Positions 1 to 11,334 are shown, numbered from the stretch's first letter. The stretch is DNA of 64,000 nt from Candidatus Altimarinota bacterium (GCA_046314355.1 JBKBWQ010000001.1:288001-352000); one strand, 5' to 3'. Notes: generated by a model not told the origin, from the letters alone. Program-made: numbers and translations.

Positions 1-2082
1 AAGAAAAAGAAGGAGGCGAAAAAGCAGGCAGAGCTGGAAGCAATAAAAAGCCTTGCTCAAAAGGATATTACAAAATCCCCAGAAATTCTAAATTTGGATT
101 TCTCAGAGGATGAAGAACAAGAGGACGTAGAGGAGATCAATATTGAAGAGGGTGATTCAGTATTTTATGAGGAGGAGAGAATACAGAAGCAGCTTGAAAA
201 GGAACTACGAAATAATGTAAAGAAGACCAAGCATGGTGAAGAAGAGGAAAAGAAATTTGTACATGAAGAGGAGCTTATTGAAGAAAAGGCAGCTCAATCA
301 CATGTGCCAGTGCTCAAAGACCATGTAACACTTCCTCCGGTTATCTCAGTAAAAGAGTTTGCTGAGAAAGTTGGACTTAAGACCTCTGCAGTTATTGGAG
401 AGTTACTGAAGAATGGAGTGATTGTAACTATCAATCATAAGATCGATTTTGATACTGCGATGATTGTGGCAGACAGCTTTGGAGTAAAGGTTGAAAAGGA
501 AGACACTGAGTATTCCACAGCAGATCTTCTTCAGGGAAATCTTGCAAAGATGCTCGAGGGGGAAGATATCACTAAGCTTGAAAGCCGTCCTCCAATCGTA
601 AGTATCATGGGACATGTAGACCACGGAAAAACCTCACTTCTAGACTATATACGACAGTCCAAAATAACTGAGAGTGAAGCTGGAGGAATTACACAGCAGA
701 TTGGAGCATATCAGGTAGAGATCAATGAGAAAAAGATCACATTCCTTGATACACCAGGACATGAGGCATTTACTGCCATGCGTGCTCGAGGTGCAAAGGC
801 AACAGATATTGCGATACTAGTAGTAGCAGCAGATGAAGGAGTAAAACCTCAAACGGAGGAAGCTATTAATCATGCACGGGAAGCGCAGATCCCTATCATC
901 GTTGCACTGAATAAAATGGATAAGGAAGGTGCAAATATAGAAAGAGTGAAGGCAGCACTTGCTGAACATAACCTTGTACCTGAAGACTGGGGAGGAGATA
1001 CAATTATGGTGCCAATCTCCGCAAAGACAGGAGACGGTATTGATACTCTTCTTGAAATGATATTACTTGTATCAGAGATTAACCCGCTCAAGGCTAATCC
1101 AGCAAGAAATGCTATTGGTACAATCATTGAGACACATCTTGATACAAGTCTCGGTCCTATTGCAACTGTGCTTGTAAATACAGGTACTCTCCAGTTCATG
1201 GATAACTTTGTAGTTGGAGAAGCATACGGAAGAGTAAAAGTAATGAAAAATCCTTTAGGAAAACGCATAAAAGAAGCACTTCCTTCTGCTCCAGTGCAGA
1301 TTGTTGGATTTTCAGAATCTCCTCAAGTAGGTGACATCCTACAAGTAGAAAAATCAGAGAAACTTGCACGTGAAAAGGCTACTGAGATCAAAAATCTCCG
1401 TATGAACTCTCCGCTTCGTGGAGGAATTACTTTTAGTGATATCATTGCCAAGATCAATCATGGAGATATGAAGCAGCTCAAAGTTGTATTGAAGGCTGAT
1501 ACAAAAGGATCTCTTGAGGCTGTACGAAATTCACTATTGAATCTTAATACTGATGAGGTACAGGTACAGATCATCCACTCAGGTATTGGTAATATCACTG
1601 ATACGGATATCTTGATGGCATCTGCATCTATGGCTCTTATCCTTGGATTTAATGTACAGGTACCAGCACAGGTTGAGCGTACAGCGGAGAAAATGAATAT
1701 TACGATTAAGAGTTACCGAGTTATTTACCATTTGACTGATGAAATCAAGAAATTGCTCAGTGGTATGCTTGATCCTCAGATGAAGGAGATCTCTCTTGGA
1801 GACTTCCAAGTAATGCAGATATTCTTCGCAAATAAGAAGTTTATGATTATTGGAGGAAAGGTACAGCGAGGAAAATTGGAAAAGAAAGCCCAGATTCGTG
1901 TTGTACGTGGAGATAAACTTATTGGTGAAGGTTTCATTGAATCATTACAGAAGGGATTAGAAACTGTAAGCGAGATAGGAGAAGGATTCGAGTGCGGAAT
2001 TAAATTTGTTGGAAATTGTATTCCAGAGCCAAAGGATATCTTTGAAGTATATAAAATTGAAAGAATCGAGCGAAGTCTGTAA
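1..2082 (+). CDS. infB: Translation initiation factor IF-2 (5'-truncated; frame open from base 1)
   Basis: [20 protein letters not shown] and NKMD G-motifs; IF2_N segment [10 protein letters not shown]; no stop in frame from position 1. Confidence 0.98.
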   Translation, partial: KKKKEAKKQAELEAIKSLAQKDITKSPEILNLDFSEDEEQEDVEEINIEEGDSVFYEEERIQKQLEKELRNNVKKTKHGEEEEKKFVHEEELIEEKAAQSHVPVLKDHVTLPPVISVKEFAEKVGLKTSAVIGELLKNGVIVTINHKIDFDTAMIVADSFGVKVEKEDTEYSTADLLQGNLAKMLEGEDITKLESRPPIVSIMGHVDHGKTSLLDYIRQSKITESEAGGITQQIGAYQVEINEKKITFLDTPGHEAFTAMRARGAKATDIAILVVAADEGVKPQTEEAINHAREAQIPIIVALNKMDKEGANIERVKAALAEHNLVPEDWGGDTIMVPISAKTGDGIDTLLEMILLVSEINPLKANPARNAIGTIIETHLDTSLGPIATVLVNTGTLQFMDNFVVGEAYGRVKVMKNPLGKRIKEALPSAPVQIVGFSESPQVGDILQVEKSEKLAREKATEIKNLRMNSPLRGGITFSDIIAKINHGDMKQLKVVLKADTKGSLEAVRNSLLNLNTDEVQVQIIHSGIGNITDTDILMASASMALILGFNVQVPAQVERTAEKMNITIKSYRVIYHLTDEIKKLLSGMLDPQMKEISLGDFQVMQIFFANKKFMIIGGKVQRGKLEKKAQIRVVRGDKLIGEGFIESLQKGLETVSEIGEGFECGIKFVGNCIPEPKDIFEVYKIERIERSL

Positions 2083-2120
2083 GATACATTTTTCATACTT
2101 TCCCCATTTCATACTAGCTT

Positions 2121-3266
2121 ATGACTGCATTTGAAAATAAATCTCCAAAAGTAGCAATCGTCACTGACTGGATGACCAGTCACGGCGGTGAGACACGTGT
2201 ACTTTTTGCACTCCATGAACTGTTTCCGGAAGCTCCAATTTATACGACTGTCTACAATCCTGAAAATGTACCGCAGTTTAAGAATGCAAAGGTCATTACA
2301 TCATTTATTCATGATTTGCCTTTCGCGAAAAAAAAGCATCAATGGTTTCTTGGTCTTATGCCTCTCGCATTTGAATCCTTTGATCTCTCTGAGTACGATA
2401 TCGTTATCTCAAGCAGTCATGCCTGCAGCAAAGGTATCATTACGAAAGTGGATACTCTGCACATATGCTACTGTCATACTCCAATGAGATATGCATGGGA
2501 TGATTGTCATAGATACATCAACGAAAACGCTCCGTTTAAAAACCTTGGCGGAAAGTGGTTTGCCAGCAGACTTATGCATAAGATACGAATGTGGGACCGT
2601 CTTGCAGCTGACCGCGTGGATAGCTTCATCGCAAACTCGAAATACATTAGAAAAAGAATCCAGAAATATTATCAAAGAGATTCGAAGGTTATCTATCCTC
2701 CGATACAGACAAGTAATTTCCAGATAGCTGAGAAAAAAGAAGATTTTTATCTAGCCGGCGGAAGAATAGTCGAAAATAAACGCTATGATCTCATCGTAGA
2801 AGCATTCAATGATCTTGGATATCCTTTAAAGATATTTGGAAAAGGTCCTTATTTGGACACTTTAAAAGCTATGGCAAAGCCGAATATTGAGTTTCTTGGA
2901 TTTACTTCTGATGAAGAAAACGCACTCTTATATGCACAGGCAAAAGCATATATTGTTCCTCAGCTCGAAGACTTTGGCATAACAACTGTAGAAGCCATGA
3001 GTGCCGGTACACCAGTGATTGGTCTAAGAGATGGAGGAACTGAGGAGATCGTCATAGATGGTATCACAGGTGTACTCATGGATGAACAGTCTTCACTTTG
3101 TCTTATCCAGATGGTCAAAAAGATTGAAAGTATGAAATTTGATCCAAATGTTATTAGACAAAATGCACTTAAATTTGATGTAGCTCGTTTTAAAAGAGAA
3201 ATCAAAAACTTTGTTATGTCAGAGTTTGAAGATTGGAAAGGACGTATGAATGTTTCAAATACTTAA
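2121..3266 (+). CDS. Glycosyltransferase family 4
   Basis: N-terminal DWMTSHGGETRV, YCHTPMRYAW and EDFGITTVEAMSAGTPVI motifs. Confidence 0.93.
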   Translation: MTAFENKSPKVAIVTDWMTSHGGETRVLFALHELFPEAPIYTTVYNPENVPQFKNAKVITSFIHDLPFAKKKHQWFLGLMPLAFESFDLSEYDIVISSSHACSKGIITKVDTLHICYCHTPMRYAWDDCHRYINENAPFKNLGGKWFASRLMHKIRMWDRLAADRVDSFIANSKYIRKRIQKYYQRDSKVIYPPIQTSNFQIAEKKEDFYLAGGRIVENKRYDLIVEAFNDLGYPLKIFGKGPYLDTLKAMAKPNIEFLGFTSDEENALLYAQAKAYIVPQLEDFGITTVEAMSAGTPVIGLRDGGTEEIVIDGITGVLMDEQSSLCLIQMVKKIESMKFDPNVIRQNALKFDVARFKREIKNFVMSEFEDWKGRMNVSNT

Positions 3267-3278
3267 ATATTATTATCA

Positions 3279-4469
3279 ATGGAAATACTCTATTTTTTTC
3301 AGGCATGTAAAAGACATCTTAAAGTCATCTTACTTATAAGTCTCCTTGCTGCAGCAATTACAGGTATCTACTGGAGTAAGTTTGTAGCACCTGATTTCAA
3401 ATCAACAATCTTTTTCTCCACTGTTACAAAGGTAGATAATGCCCGAACAACAGAGAGATATGATCCATTTTCATACGCTCAGTCTGCTGATAGCTTTGCA
3501 GAAGGTATGCTTGGATGGTTTAGAAATCCGAACTTCTTTGTATATATGAAGGAACATGTACCTGCAGCAGCGAATCTGCGGCTTGATAGAATGTACCAGA
3601 TCCGAAAACAGGAAAAACAGAATCTGAATATTACTTTTCAGGTAGAAACAAGAGCGCTTGCGGAAGATCTCCAGGAAGCAACTATGAAGTATCTTCGTGA
3701 GCAAATTGCTAATATCAATACACAGTCAAACACTACTTACGATATTATTAATGAGACTTTTAATATCACCGAAGTAAAATACAATACTCTCCTTGTTACA
3801 AGCGTAGTCTTTTTCTCACTCTTTCTACTTCTCACTCTCTTCTTCCTTCTTTGGGAAATCTTTAGAGGTATAGCAAGCGTCAGAGAGCAGGTGGAGGAAA
3901 TTTTGGGCACTACAGCGCTTGATACGGTACACGGCACTAAAGCTGACCTGGGATTCATAGCAAACTATGTAGCAAAGCAGGGAAGTCATGTGGCAATAGG
4001 CGGCGTCGGAAAATCCTATCCGGTATATTTCAAAAAAATATCTGAATATATTGCAAACACTTTAGGTAAAGAAACTATCGTAGTAGATGTAGATCTCAAG
4101 AATAGAACACTTGCAAAATCTTTTGGTCTCTCAGAGCATATGAAAAAGATGAAAGGTATTACGGATTTTGATGAGAAAACTGCTGATATCAGCAAGGTAA
4201 GTCTACCGATAAAGAAAGAGAGTTCATTATTAAAATTTATTGGTGCTGGAACAGGGAATATACCTCACTATGCTTTTCTTGAAAAAAATCTTCCTGAGAA
4301 TGCAAAAATATTACTTCATATGGAACTGCCTAAGGATACTCACATCTTCCAGATGAAGGATCTCTCCCTTGTACTCTTTGTACAGCTCGGTGTGACAAAA
4401 CTTCTTGATCTGAAGAGAATTAAGAAACTGATAGGTGACACACCAGTAGGAGTAGTGATTGTTGAGTAA
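3279..4469 (+). CDS. Wzz/Wzc-like polysaccharide co-polymerase with degenerate BY-kinase-like C-terminal domain
   Basis: Two TM helices flanking a soluble loop; EQVEEILG and IVVDVDLKNRTL resemble CapA/Wzc; no intact Walker A. Confidence 0.6.
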   Translation: MEILYFFQACKRHLKVILLISLLAAAITGIYWSKFVAPDFKSTIFFSTVTKVDNARTTERYDPFSYAQSADSFAEGMLGWFRNPNFFVYMKEHVPAAANLRLDRMYQIRKQEKQNLNITFQVETRALAEDLQEATMKYLREQIANINTQSNTTYDIINETFNITEVKYNTLLVTSVVFFSLFLLLTLFFLLWEIFRGIASVREQVEEILGTTALDTVHGTKADLGFIANYVAKQGSHVAIGGVGKSYPVYFKKISEYIANTLGKETIVVDVDLKNRTLAKSFGLSEHMKKMKGITDFDEKTADISKVSLPIKKESSLLKFIGAGTGNIPHYAFLEKNLPENAKILLHMELPKDTHIFQMKDLSLVLFVQLGVTKLLDLKRIKKLIGDTPVGVVIVE

Positions 4470-4525
4470 GAAGAAAATAAAGTTTAATTAGCTAGAGTTC
4501 TGAATATAACATTCAGCGAATACAG

Positions 4526-4559
4526 AGAATACAGTAACAATATCCAGTTACTGTATTCT
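4526..4559. terminator. 13-bp inverted repeat, probable terminator of the upstream operon
   Basis: AGAATACAGTAAC-8nt-GTTACTGTATTCT followed by TT. Confidence 0.6.
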
Positions 4560-4570
4560 TTATAAAGAAT

Positions 4571-4598
4571 TTGACAAAAATATAAAAAGACGTAAAAT
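4571..4598 (+). promoter_or_regulatory. Sigma70-type promoter
   Basis: TTGACA-16bp-TAAAAT. Confidence 0.7.
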
Positions 4599-4606
4599 AC
4601 CCACAA

Positions 4607-4673
4607 GCTTAATCACAAAAAAGGGGTACGTGGATTCACGTATTCCAGATCCGTAGGGTCTAGTGATTGAAGT
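4607..4673 (+). ncRNA. Candidate structured 5' leader (three-helix junction)
   Basis: AATCAC/GTGATT closes two hairpins: GGGGTACGTG-GATT-CACGTATTCC and AGATCC-GTA-GGGTCT. Confidence 0.4.
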
Positions 4674-4708
4674 GAATATGTTATTTGAAAATTTGGAGGA
4701 TTAGGAAA

Positions 4709-6184
4709 ATGAAGAAAGAAATAATTTTGAGAAATCTCAAAAGAATTGTTCAGGTAAAAAATGAAATATTTTTTACACAAGATCTAAAAAAACTATCTGT
4801 AAAATTGGATGAAAAAGAGCTTAATGAAGCTCTTATCTCTGACCTAGACGTGACAGTCGAACTGTTTGATAGAATCGGTACACCAGAAATGAGAAGTAAA
4901 CTACTGTCTCATTTTATGTTACATGCACCTTCAGAGAAACTTTTTGATCTCATACTTTCACATCATGGCTTTGATTTGACTGAAAGAGTTTCAAACAATA
5001 TTTTTGATAAAAATGTTCCTTGGAATGATTTTTTCAATTATATTGCTGGAAATGTATCTATGTTGGAAAAAGTCTTTAAATTGATGATGGATAATTCCTG
5101 GCAAAGTACACTTCCATTCATCACTAAAAACTCTAATCTCTATGGAGCATTTGAGATATGTGATGACTGTATGATAGCTTTTTACTTTGATGTAAAAGAT
5201 GAGGCAGAGATTGATAATTATAATATTGAGCTGATCTCGTTGGTAAATTTAGTCAACATGCAACTAACTGGGAAGGAAGAATATCAAGCTTTTGTAAATA
5301 AATTATATGATAACTTGTATACTCTTATTAGACAAATTAGTCCTGAAGGAGACCGTAGCGATGACTTATTTACATATCATTTAAAAGACTACTTAAGACT
5401 TGTACCATTTGATAAACAAAGAGGAGATGCGTATCCAGTCGTCTGGTGTTCCGATTATCTTACTCTCATTTATCAGCTTTACAGTTTAGTGGTTTCCTTA
5501 GAAAGAGAAAATAAGAATGAACTCGCAACTCTTTTAGAAGGATCCTTACAAGGCTTTAATAGCATGAGCATTAAAGATTTCCCTTTATACGACTTTTGTC
5601 ATGTTCTACGCTACTGTGAAGAACATGACAAAGATACAGGAAAGAAAGTGATGTCTATAATCAAGCATATAACACTTCAGTGCATTCTGGCAGATATGTT
5701 GATACCGAGAAATAAAATTTTTTCTCAGTATCAATCTTATATAGGTTCCTATGATGAGAAAAAATTATACTTAGAGTCTCTTCTAAATGAATTTAGTTCA
5801 AAAATTCATTATTTTGACTCTAAAAGTGAGGAGTACATCCCATTTGTGGAGCAAGTGATTCTTGCTGCATATGATGATGCCAGGGTGGTACCTTATCTTT
5901 CAGGATGTGAGGATGAGTATGCGATCTTTTTAGCTTGTGTGCCTGAAACATTTTATTCTGAGGAAGATGAAACTGAGTATGAAGATGTAAAGCTCAATAA
6001 TTTCGGAGATAACCCTGTAGTAGAATGGACAGGTAGAATGAATACAAGCAAAATATCACTTTACTTTCTGGATAAAGTTTTTAAGGTTGAAGAACCGAGA
6101 ACCTTAACTAATACTACAGTAGATATTTTCATGCTACTAACTAGACGTGCTATAAAAAGACAAAAAGAAAAAGCCCCTTTCTAA
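4709..6184 (+). CDS. Hypothetical protein, AT-rich, probably alpha-helical
   Basis: Long ORF; GGAGG upstream of ATG 4709; own promoter and terminator. Confidence 0.8.
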   Translation: MKKEIILRNLKRIVQVKNEIFFTQDLKKLSVKLDEKELNEALISDLDVTVELFDRIGTPEMRSKLLSHFMLHAPSEKLFDLILSHHGFDLTERVSNNIFDKNVPWNDFFNYIAGNVSMLEKVFKLMMDNSWQSTLPFITKNSNLYGAFEICDDCMIAFYFDVKDEAEIDNYNIELISLVNLVNMQLTGKEEYQAFVNKLYDNLYTLIRQISPEGDRSDDLFTYHLKDYLRLVPFDKQRGDAYPVVWCSDYLTLIYQLYSLVVSLERENKNELATLLEGSLQGFNSMSIKDFPLYDFCHVLRYCEEHDKDTGKKVMSIIKHITLQCILADMLIPRNKIFSQYQSYIGSYDEKKLYLESLLNEFSSKIHYFDSKSEEYIPFVEQVILAAYDDARVVPYLSGCEDEYAIFLACVPETFYSEEDETEYEDVKLNNFGDNPVVEWTGRMNTSKISLYFLDKVFKVEEPRTLTNTTVDIFMLLTRRAIKRQKEKAPF

Positions 6185-6201
6185 ATCCTCCAAGTTTACA
6201 C

Positions 6202-6233
6202 AAAGAGCCTAATAAAATAGGCTCTTTTTTTTT
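6202..6233. terminator. Intrinsic terminator between convergent genes
   Basis: AAAGAGCCTA-ATAAAA-TAGGCTCTTT followed by a T-run. Confidence 0.8.
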
Positions 6234-6263
6234 CGTCAGAAATCAACTGAGATCAATTAAGGT

Positions 6264-7445
6264 TTATTTCACCAAATACAAATACTTCCTCTTTCCTACC
6301 TTCAGCAATTGCTTAGTATCTGAAAGCACAATCAAATGATCATATGCAGTGATTTTTTCTCCATCAAGGGTGATACCTCCCTGATCTATAAGTCTCTTTG
6401 CCTCTCCCTTCGAAGATAGAAGCTGATACTGCATAATAACATCCAGAAGAGCAATACTATCTTGTGCTACGTGTGCTTCTTCTACGTCTGTCGGGATCTC
6501 ACCCTTTGAGAATACATTCATAAACTCACCAGCCTCTCTCTCTCCATCCTCTGCAGAATGGTACATCGTGACGAGCTCCTTAGCGAGCATGATCTTTGCA
6601 TCTCTCGGGTTTAATCCTGCAAGTAGATCTGCCTCAATCTTTTTGATATCTTCCATACTTTTATCCGTACAAAGGATGAAGTAGCGGATAATAAGTTCAT
6701 CCTTCATACTCATTGTCTTACCGAACATGTCCTTTGGAGTATCAAGAAGGTTAATACCATTACCATATGATTTACTCATTTTTCTTCCGTCTGTACCTTC
6801 AAGTAATTCAAAGGTAAGTACATTTTGCGGTACCTGTTCAAAGGCTTCCTGAAGCACTCGACCTGCCAGTATATTAAATAGCTGATCATCTCCTCCAAGT
6901 TCTACGTCTGCTTTTATCGCAACAGAATCATACCCCTGCATGAGAGGATACATAAATTCATGTAAGCCAATAGGCTTGCTCGCTTCAAACCTTTTCCAGT
7001 AATTATCCCGTTCAAGCATCTGGGCAACGGTAAAATGCTTTGCAAGATTTGCTACATCCATAAAATTAAGTTTTCCAAGCCATTCACTATTATATCTGAT
7101 TGCAATCTTTGAGAGATCCAAAATCTTTCCAACCTGTTCTTTCCATGATCTCATATTTTCCTCAACTTGTTTCTGCTCTAACTGTACTCGCATAGAGTCT
7201 TTGTCAGAAGTATCTCCAATCATTCCTGTAGCATCACCGACAATAAAAATAATATCATGACCAAGATCCTGAAATCTTTTTAGTGCACGGATTGCAATTG
7301 CATGTCCAATGTGAAGATTTGCACCTGTTGGATCACATCCAAGCTTGATAGTTAATTTTTTACCTGAACGAAGCTTTTTCTCGAGATCTTCTTTTACAAT
7401 ACAATGTGCAACACCTCTCGTAAGTAGTTCTGATATGGGATCCAT
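6264..7445 (-). CDS. tyrS: Tyrosine--tRNA ligase
   Basis: HIGH and KMSKS motifs, YPLMQGYD, C-terminal S4-like domain. Confidence 0.97.
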   Translation of the reverse strand: MDPISELLTRGVAHCIVKEDLEKKLRSGKKLTIKLGCDPTGANLHIGHAIAIRALKRFQDLGHDIIFIVGDATGMIGDTSDKDSMRVQLEQKQVEENMRSWKEQVGKILDLSKIAIRYNSEWLGKLNFMDVANLAKHFTVAQMLERDNYWKRFEASKPIGLHEFMYPLMQGYDSVAIKADVELGGDDQLFNILAGRVLQEAFEQVPQNVLTFELLEGTDGRKMSKSYGNGINLLDTPKDMFGKTMSMKDELIIRYFILCTDKSMEDIKKIEADLLAGLNPRDAKIMLAKELVTMYHSAEDGEREAGEFMNVFSKGEIPTDVEEAHVAQDSIALLDVIMQYQLLSSKGEAKRLIDQGGITLDGEKITAYDHLIVLSDTKQLLKVGKRKYLYLVK

Positions 7446-7623
7446 GAAAGTTTAAGAATACTGAATATATACAAATATAAGTATATAGAAATATTACCTA
7501 TAAGAAAATAAAAAAATCCAATTGAGAGCATCATATAATAATGCGTGCAAGTCAATTTTGTAGTAAAACAGAAATTCTATGATAGTGTGTATCTGTTTTT
7601 TTACGATAAAATATCTTTTGAAT

Positions 7624-10600
7624 ATGAAACATTTCTTTAGAAATATATGCGCAGTAACACTTCTACTAAGCATATTCTCCCAATACCAAGTTCCCTTCGT
7701 TACTTTTGTCCCAAAGGTGGAAGCTGAGTTTATTTCACCATCTGCAAAGAGTTTTACACTGCCATACGTCTCTGAAGTTACAAAGACTGAGAATGAGTTT
7801 AATGCTATTGTCGCAGCTTGGGAGAATCCAAGTACAAATTTTGTAATGGAAATACGTACGCAGCAAAACAACCAATGGGGAGAGTGGAAGGAAGTCCTTT
7901 TAAATCATGATGGTGAGGATGAAGATATAGATACAAAGAGATTTTCAGAGATGCAGTCTGTATCTCCGACTAATACATTTCAGTATAAGATCACAGGTCT
8001 TGATGATGCGAAAAATATAGAGTTTGATAATTTTGACTTTCTCTCTTTTCATGAAAAGAGTCATGTTACTTTTACCTCCAATATACCTTCAGCTAGCGCA
8101 AAAATTGATGGTATCATCGTCACCCGCGAGGAATGGGGAGCTGATCCTGCTTGGATAGAAAAAGAAAGCTGGGATAAGGAAAGAGCAGCAGTTTGTAAAG
8201 CAAAACCTTGGTATTGCGGAAGCTCTGCAGCATCAGAGAAAGCTATTGAAGAAAAAGCAAAACAACTTGCCGCTGATTTTCCTGACGATGTAAAAACTGA
8301 TAGCCGTTCTACGACACTCAACGGTAAGGAGGTTATGTGGGCAATAAGCAAATCCGCAAAAATTAAGAAGATATTTGTACATCACACTGCAGAACTAAAT
8401 AAAGACCTCAATAAGGATGGGGTTATTGACACGCAGGATGAGAAAATGGTCATGAGAAATAATTATTACTTTCATTCACTTGTAAGAGGGTGGGGGGATA
8501 TCGGATATAACTATGTAGTTGGATCCACAGGTACCATCTATGAAGGTAGGGCAGGTGGTGATAAAGTTGTAGCAGCCCACGCAGTATGGAGAAACATCTC
8601 CTCCACTGGTATTTCTACCATGGGTAATTTTGAAGAGGAAAATATCCTTACTCCTCAATATACAGGACTTGCAAATGCCATCGGATATGTAGCAAAAAAA
8701 TATGATCTTGACCCACTTGGGCAATCACTCTTTTATGGACAAACAGCTTCTACAGTTCAGGGACACCGTGATTCTGAGGAAGCAGCAACAGCATGTCCGG
8801 GGAGAAATCTGTATGCAAAACTTCCGGAATTAAGAAAACTTGCAGCCTTAGCAAAAGATCAATTTTTAACAGTCCAATCAGTAGAAGCAGGAGGCTTTAT
8901 GCAGGCAGATGTGGCAAAGAATGGTGTCGGCGGAAGCTTTATACCTCAAGCTTCAATGACTAGCTTTGGACCGCAGGAGACTAAATCAATAGCTATACAA
9001 GTAAAAAATACTGGAACAGTTACATGGAATAAAGGTTCGTATCTAAGAATCACCTCACAATTAGATGGAGTATTTATAGTGCAAAGTGGAGAGAAGATCC
9101 CAGCAAAAGCTGCTTATCTTACTGAGACAAGTGTTGCACCTGGAGGCACTGGTACGTTTCTTTTGACGCTGACTTCACAGTATAAAAAATACACTGACGC
9201 CATCAGTTTTGATGCGGTTATCAACGGAAGCTATCTTCTTAAACCTTCATTTATCCAGGTATCTGCTCCAGATGCAATACTCGCTTATGAAGTGCAGAAT
9301 ATTGTTCAGCCTAAAAAAGAGCTTATCTATGGAGAAGAAACAAAGATTTTATTAATGCTTAAGAATACAAGCAATGTTGCTTGGAATAACTCTACAATTA
9401 AATTGCGAAACCAAAATAATGCAGCTCAAGAGTTTCTCCCAAATGGAGATGGGCTCATGCGTGAGGCTATTGTGAAGCCTGGTGAGACTGCTACCTTTGA
9501 AGTCTCACTAAGAGCGCCAATCAAGACTGTAAATTTTGATCTTAACTTCCTTCCCGTTATACAGAATGCACCTTCATTTACAGGTCCCCAGATACGAGTG
9601 ATCGGTGCAGTGGTTCATCCAGCCTTAGCCAAGAATTTTCTGTTAGAACAGGTAAGTACCACTGCCACTACTATCAGAATGGGTAACACAGGCATGGTGA
9701 CCATAACCTTAAAAAATAATTCTTCTGAGCCTTGGACTGGACTTAGTAAATATGATATTAAACCCATTTTTGTATCCGCTTCTCCATTTATTATCCCGGT
9801 AAGTACTGTCCGGTTTGATAGGGATTATATGAATCCAGGGGATACTATAAATGTACAGATCCCTGTACAGGCATCATATACTGCGTTATCTGTCCCTCCA
9901 CTACTACAGCTTAAATACCTGGATTTACCTCTTACAAAAAATCCTCTAAACTTTCCACTACTGATCCCTGAGGAGACTCTCAAAGCAAGCTATGCAGCTT
10001 CTGGAAACTCAATGTCTATGGAACTAAACAAACAGTCCACAGTACAGGTGCTTATACAAAATACAGGAACTCTTCCATGGAAAAAAGATCAAGTACAGTT
10101 AACTCTCTTTGGTGATTCAAGTAATATTAGAGATGCCTCATGGATTGGTTCAAATGTGATCGGAACATTTGATGGGACAAAAGATATTGAACCTCAGCAG
10201 TTTGCTCTGTTTAAATTCTCTGTTTATCCGAAACAGTTAAATGTATCTCCTGTATTCAAACTTCAGTTTACAAATGGTCCGATAGTCTCTATCGATGGCA
10301 CACTTACAATACCTCCAGTAAAGAATAGCAGTACACAAAGTATCAATGGCGGTGCTGTGGAATTCGGACGAAGTATCAACAGATTAGTCCCTACAGTGAA
10401 ACTCTTTGAATCTGGAAAACTTGCATCTGCATCATCTACAGTACAAGATACTACATTTCTCAAGCCAATACGTATAAAGCTCAGCTATGCAGAAACTGCT
10501 ACTACTATACAACTTAAGGATTCTGCTTACAGACTTCTAATGGAAGGAAATACTCAGAGCATAATTATTCCTGCAAACTCAGATGTTACTTTAAATGCGG

Positions 10601-11334
10601 GATCAACAATGTCTATCTCTACAGGCGGTAAGACATATCAAGCTACAGCCTTCAGCTTTTTGCCAGTAAAGTCTGACGGAAAGTTTTCAATACCTGCATG
10701 GACAAGAGGGACAGATAAAAGTACGATGTTTGATAATACATTCCGTTCACAACTGGATATAAGAAAAGAGGGAACTAATATCCTATATATTAATACCTTG
10801 AGCCTTGAAAACTATCTGAAGGGTGTTGCAGAGCTTCCAAGTAGTGATCCATTGGAAAAACAAAAGGCGCTTACTATTATTGCAAGAAGCTATGCTCTCT
10901 TTTATCAGAATCCAGCTAACAAGAGGACTAACCAAAGTACATATTATGATATGAGTGATGATCCAAATGAATACCAGAGATACCGAGGTTATGCATTTGA
11001 GATGCGAAATGCTACCTGGCTCTCTGCAATCAGCGCAACAACCAATAAAGTACTTACATATAACACAAAACTTATTAAACCACCTTTCTTTTCTGAGTCT
11101 GATGGACGTACCAGAAGTGCTCAGGAAATCTGGGGATGGACAAATACACCATACTTAGTATCTGTGAGTGATATCACATGTAAAGAAGGGAAAGGAGAAA
11201 TGAAAGGACATGGAGTAGGTTTGAGCGGATGCGGAGCATATGGGATGGCATCAGCAGGAAAAACATACCAGGAAATAATCTCATATTATTATAAGGGAAT
11301 TGCAGTATCAGATATAACTGCTACTAAACTGTAG
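7624..11334 (+). CDS. Secreted peptidoglycan hydrolase: Amidase_2 (PGRP-like) + several Ig-like (NBR1-type) domains + SpoIID/LytB domain
   Basis: Signal peptide; VHHTA, GWGDIGYN, GHRD and ATACPG amidase motifs; repeated KNTG..W..PGE Ig units; YLKGVAEL, ARSYA and GHGVGLSGCGA SpoIID motifs. Start placed at MKHFF. Confidence 0.85.
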   Translation: MKHFFRNICAVTLLLSIFSQYQVPFVTFVPKVEAEFISPSAKSFTLPYVSEVTKTENEFNAIVAAWENPSTNFVMEIRTQQNNQWGEWKEVLLNHDGEDEDIDTKRFSEMQSVSPTNTFQYKITGLDDAKNIEFDNFDFLSFHEKSHVTFTSNIPSASAKIDGIIVTREEWGADPAWIEKESWDKERAAVCKAKPWYCGSSAASEKAIEEKAKQLAADFPDDVKTDSRSTTLNGKEVMWAISKSAKIKKIFVHHTAELNKDLNKDGVIDTQDEKMVMRNNYYFHSLVRGWGDIGYNYVVGSTGTIYEGRAGGDKVVAAHAVWRNISSTGISTMGNFEEENILTPQYTGLANAIGYVAKKYDLDPLGQSLFYGQTASTVQGHRDSEEAATACPGRNLYAKLPELRKLAALAKDQFLTVQSVEAGGFMQADVAKNGVGGSFIPQASMTSFGPQETKSIAIQVKNTGTVTWNKGSYLRITSQLDGVFIVQSGEKIPAKAAYLTETSVAPGGTGTFLLTLTSQYKKYTDAISFDAVINGSYLLKPSFIQVSAPDAILAYEVQNIVQPKKELIYGEETKILLMLKNTSNVAWNNSTIKLRNQNNAAQEFLPNGDGLMREAIVKPGETATFEVSLRAPIKTVNFDLNFLPVIQNAPSFTGPQIRVIGAVVHPALAKNFLLEQVSTTATTIRMGNTGMVTITLKNNSSEPWTGLSKYDIKPIFVSASPFIIPVSTVRFDRDYMNPGDTINVQIPVQASYTALSVPPLLQLKYLDLPLTKNPLNFPLLIPEETLKASYAASGNSMSMELNKQSTVQVLIQNTGTLPWKKDQVQLTLFGDSSNIRDASWIGSNVIGTFDGTKDIEPQQFALFKFSVYPKQLNVSPVFKLQFTNGPIVSIDGTLTIPPVKNSSTQSINGGAVEFGRSINRLVPTVKLFESGKLASASSTVQDTTFLKPIRIKLSYAETATTIQLKDSAYRLLMEGNTQSIIIPANSDVTLNAGSTMSISTGGKTYQATAFSFLPVKSDGKFSIPAWTRGTDKSTMFDNTFRSQLDIRKEGTNILYINTLSLENYLKGVAELPSSDPLEKQKALTIIARSYALFYQNPANKRTNQSTYYDMSDDPNEYQRYRGYAFEMRNATWLSAISATTNKVLTYNTKLIKPPFFSESDGRTRSAQEIWGWTNTPYLVSVSDITCKEGKGEMKGHGVGLSGCGAYGMASAGKTYQEIISYYYKGIAVSDITATKL

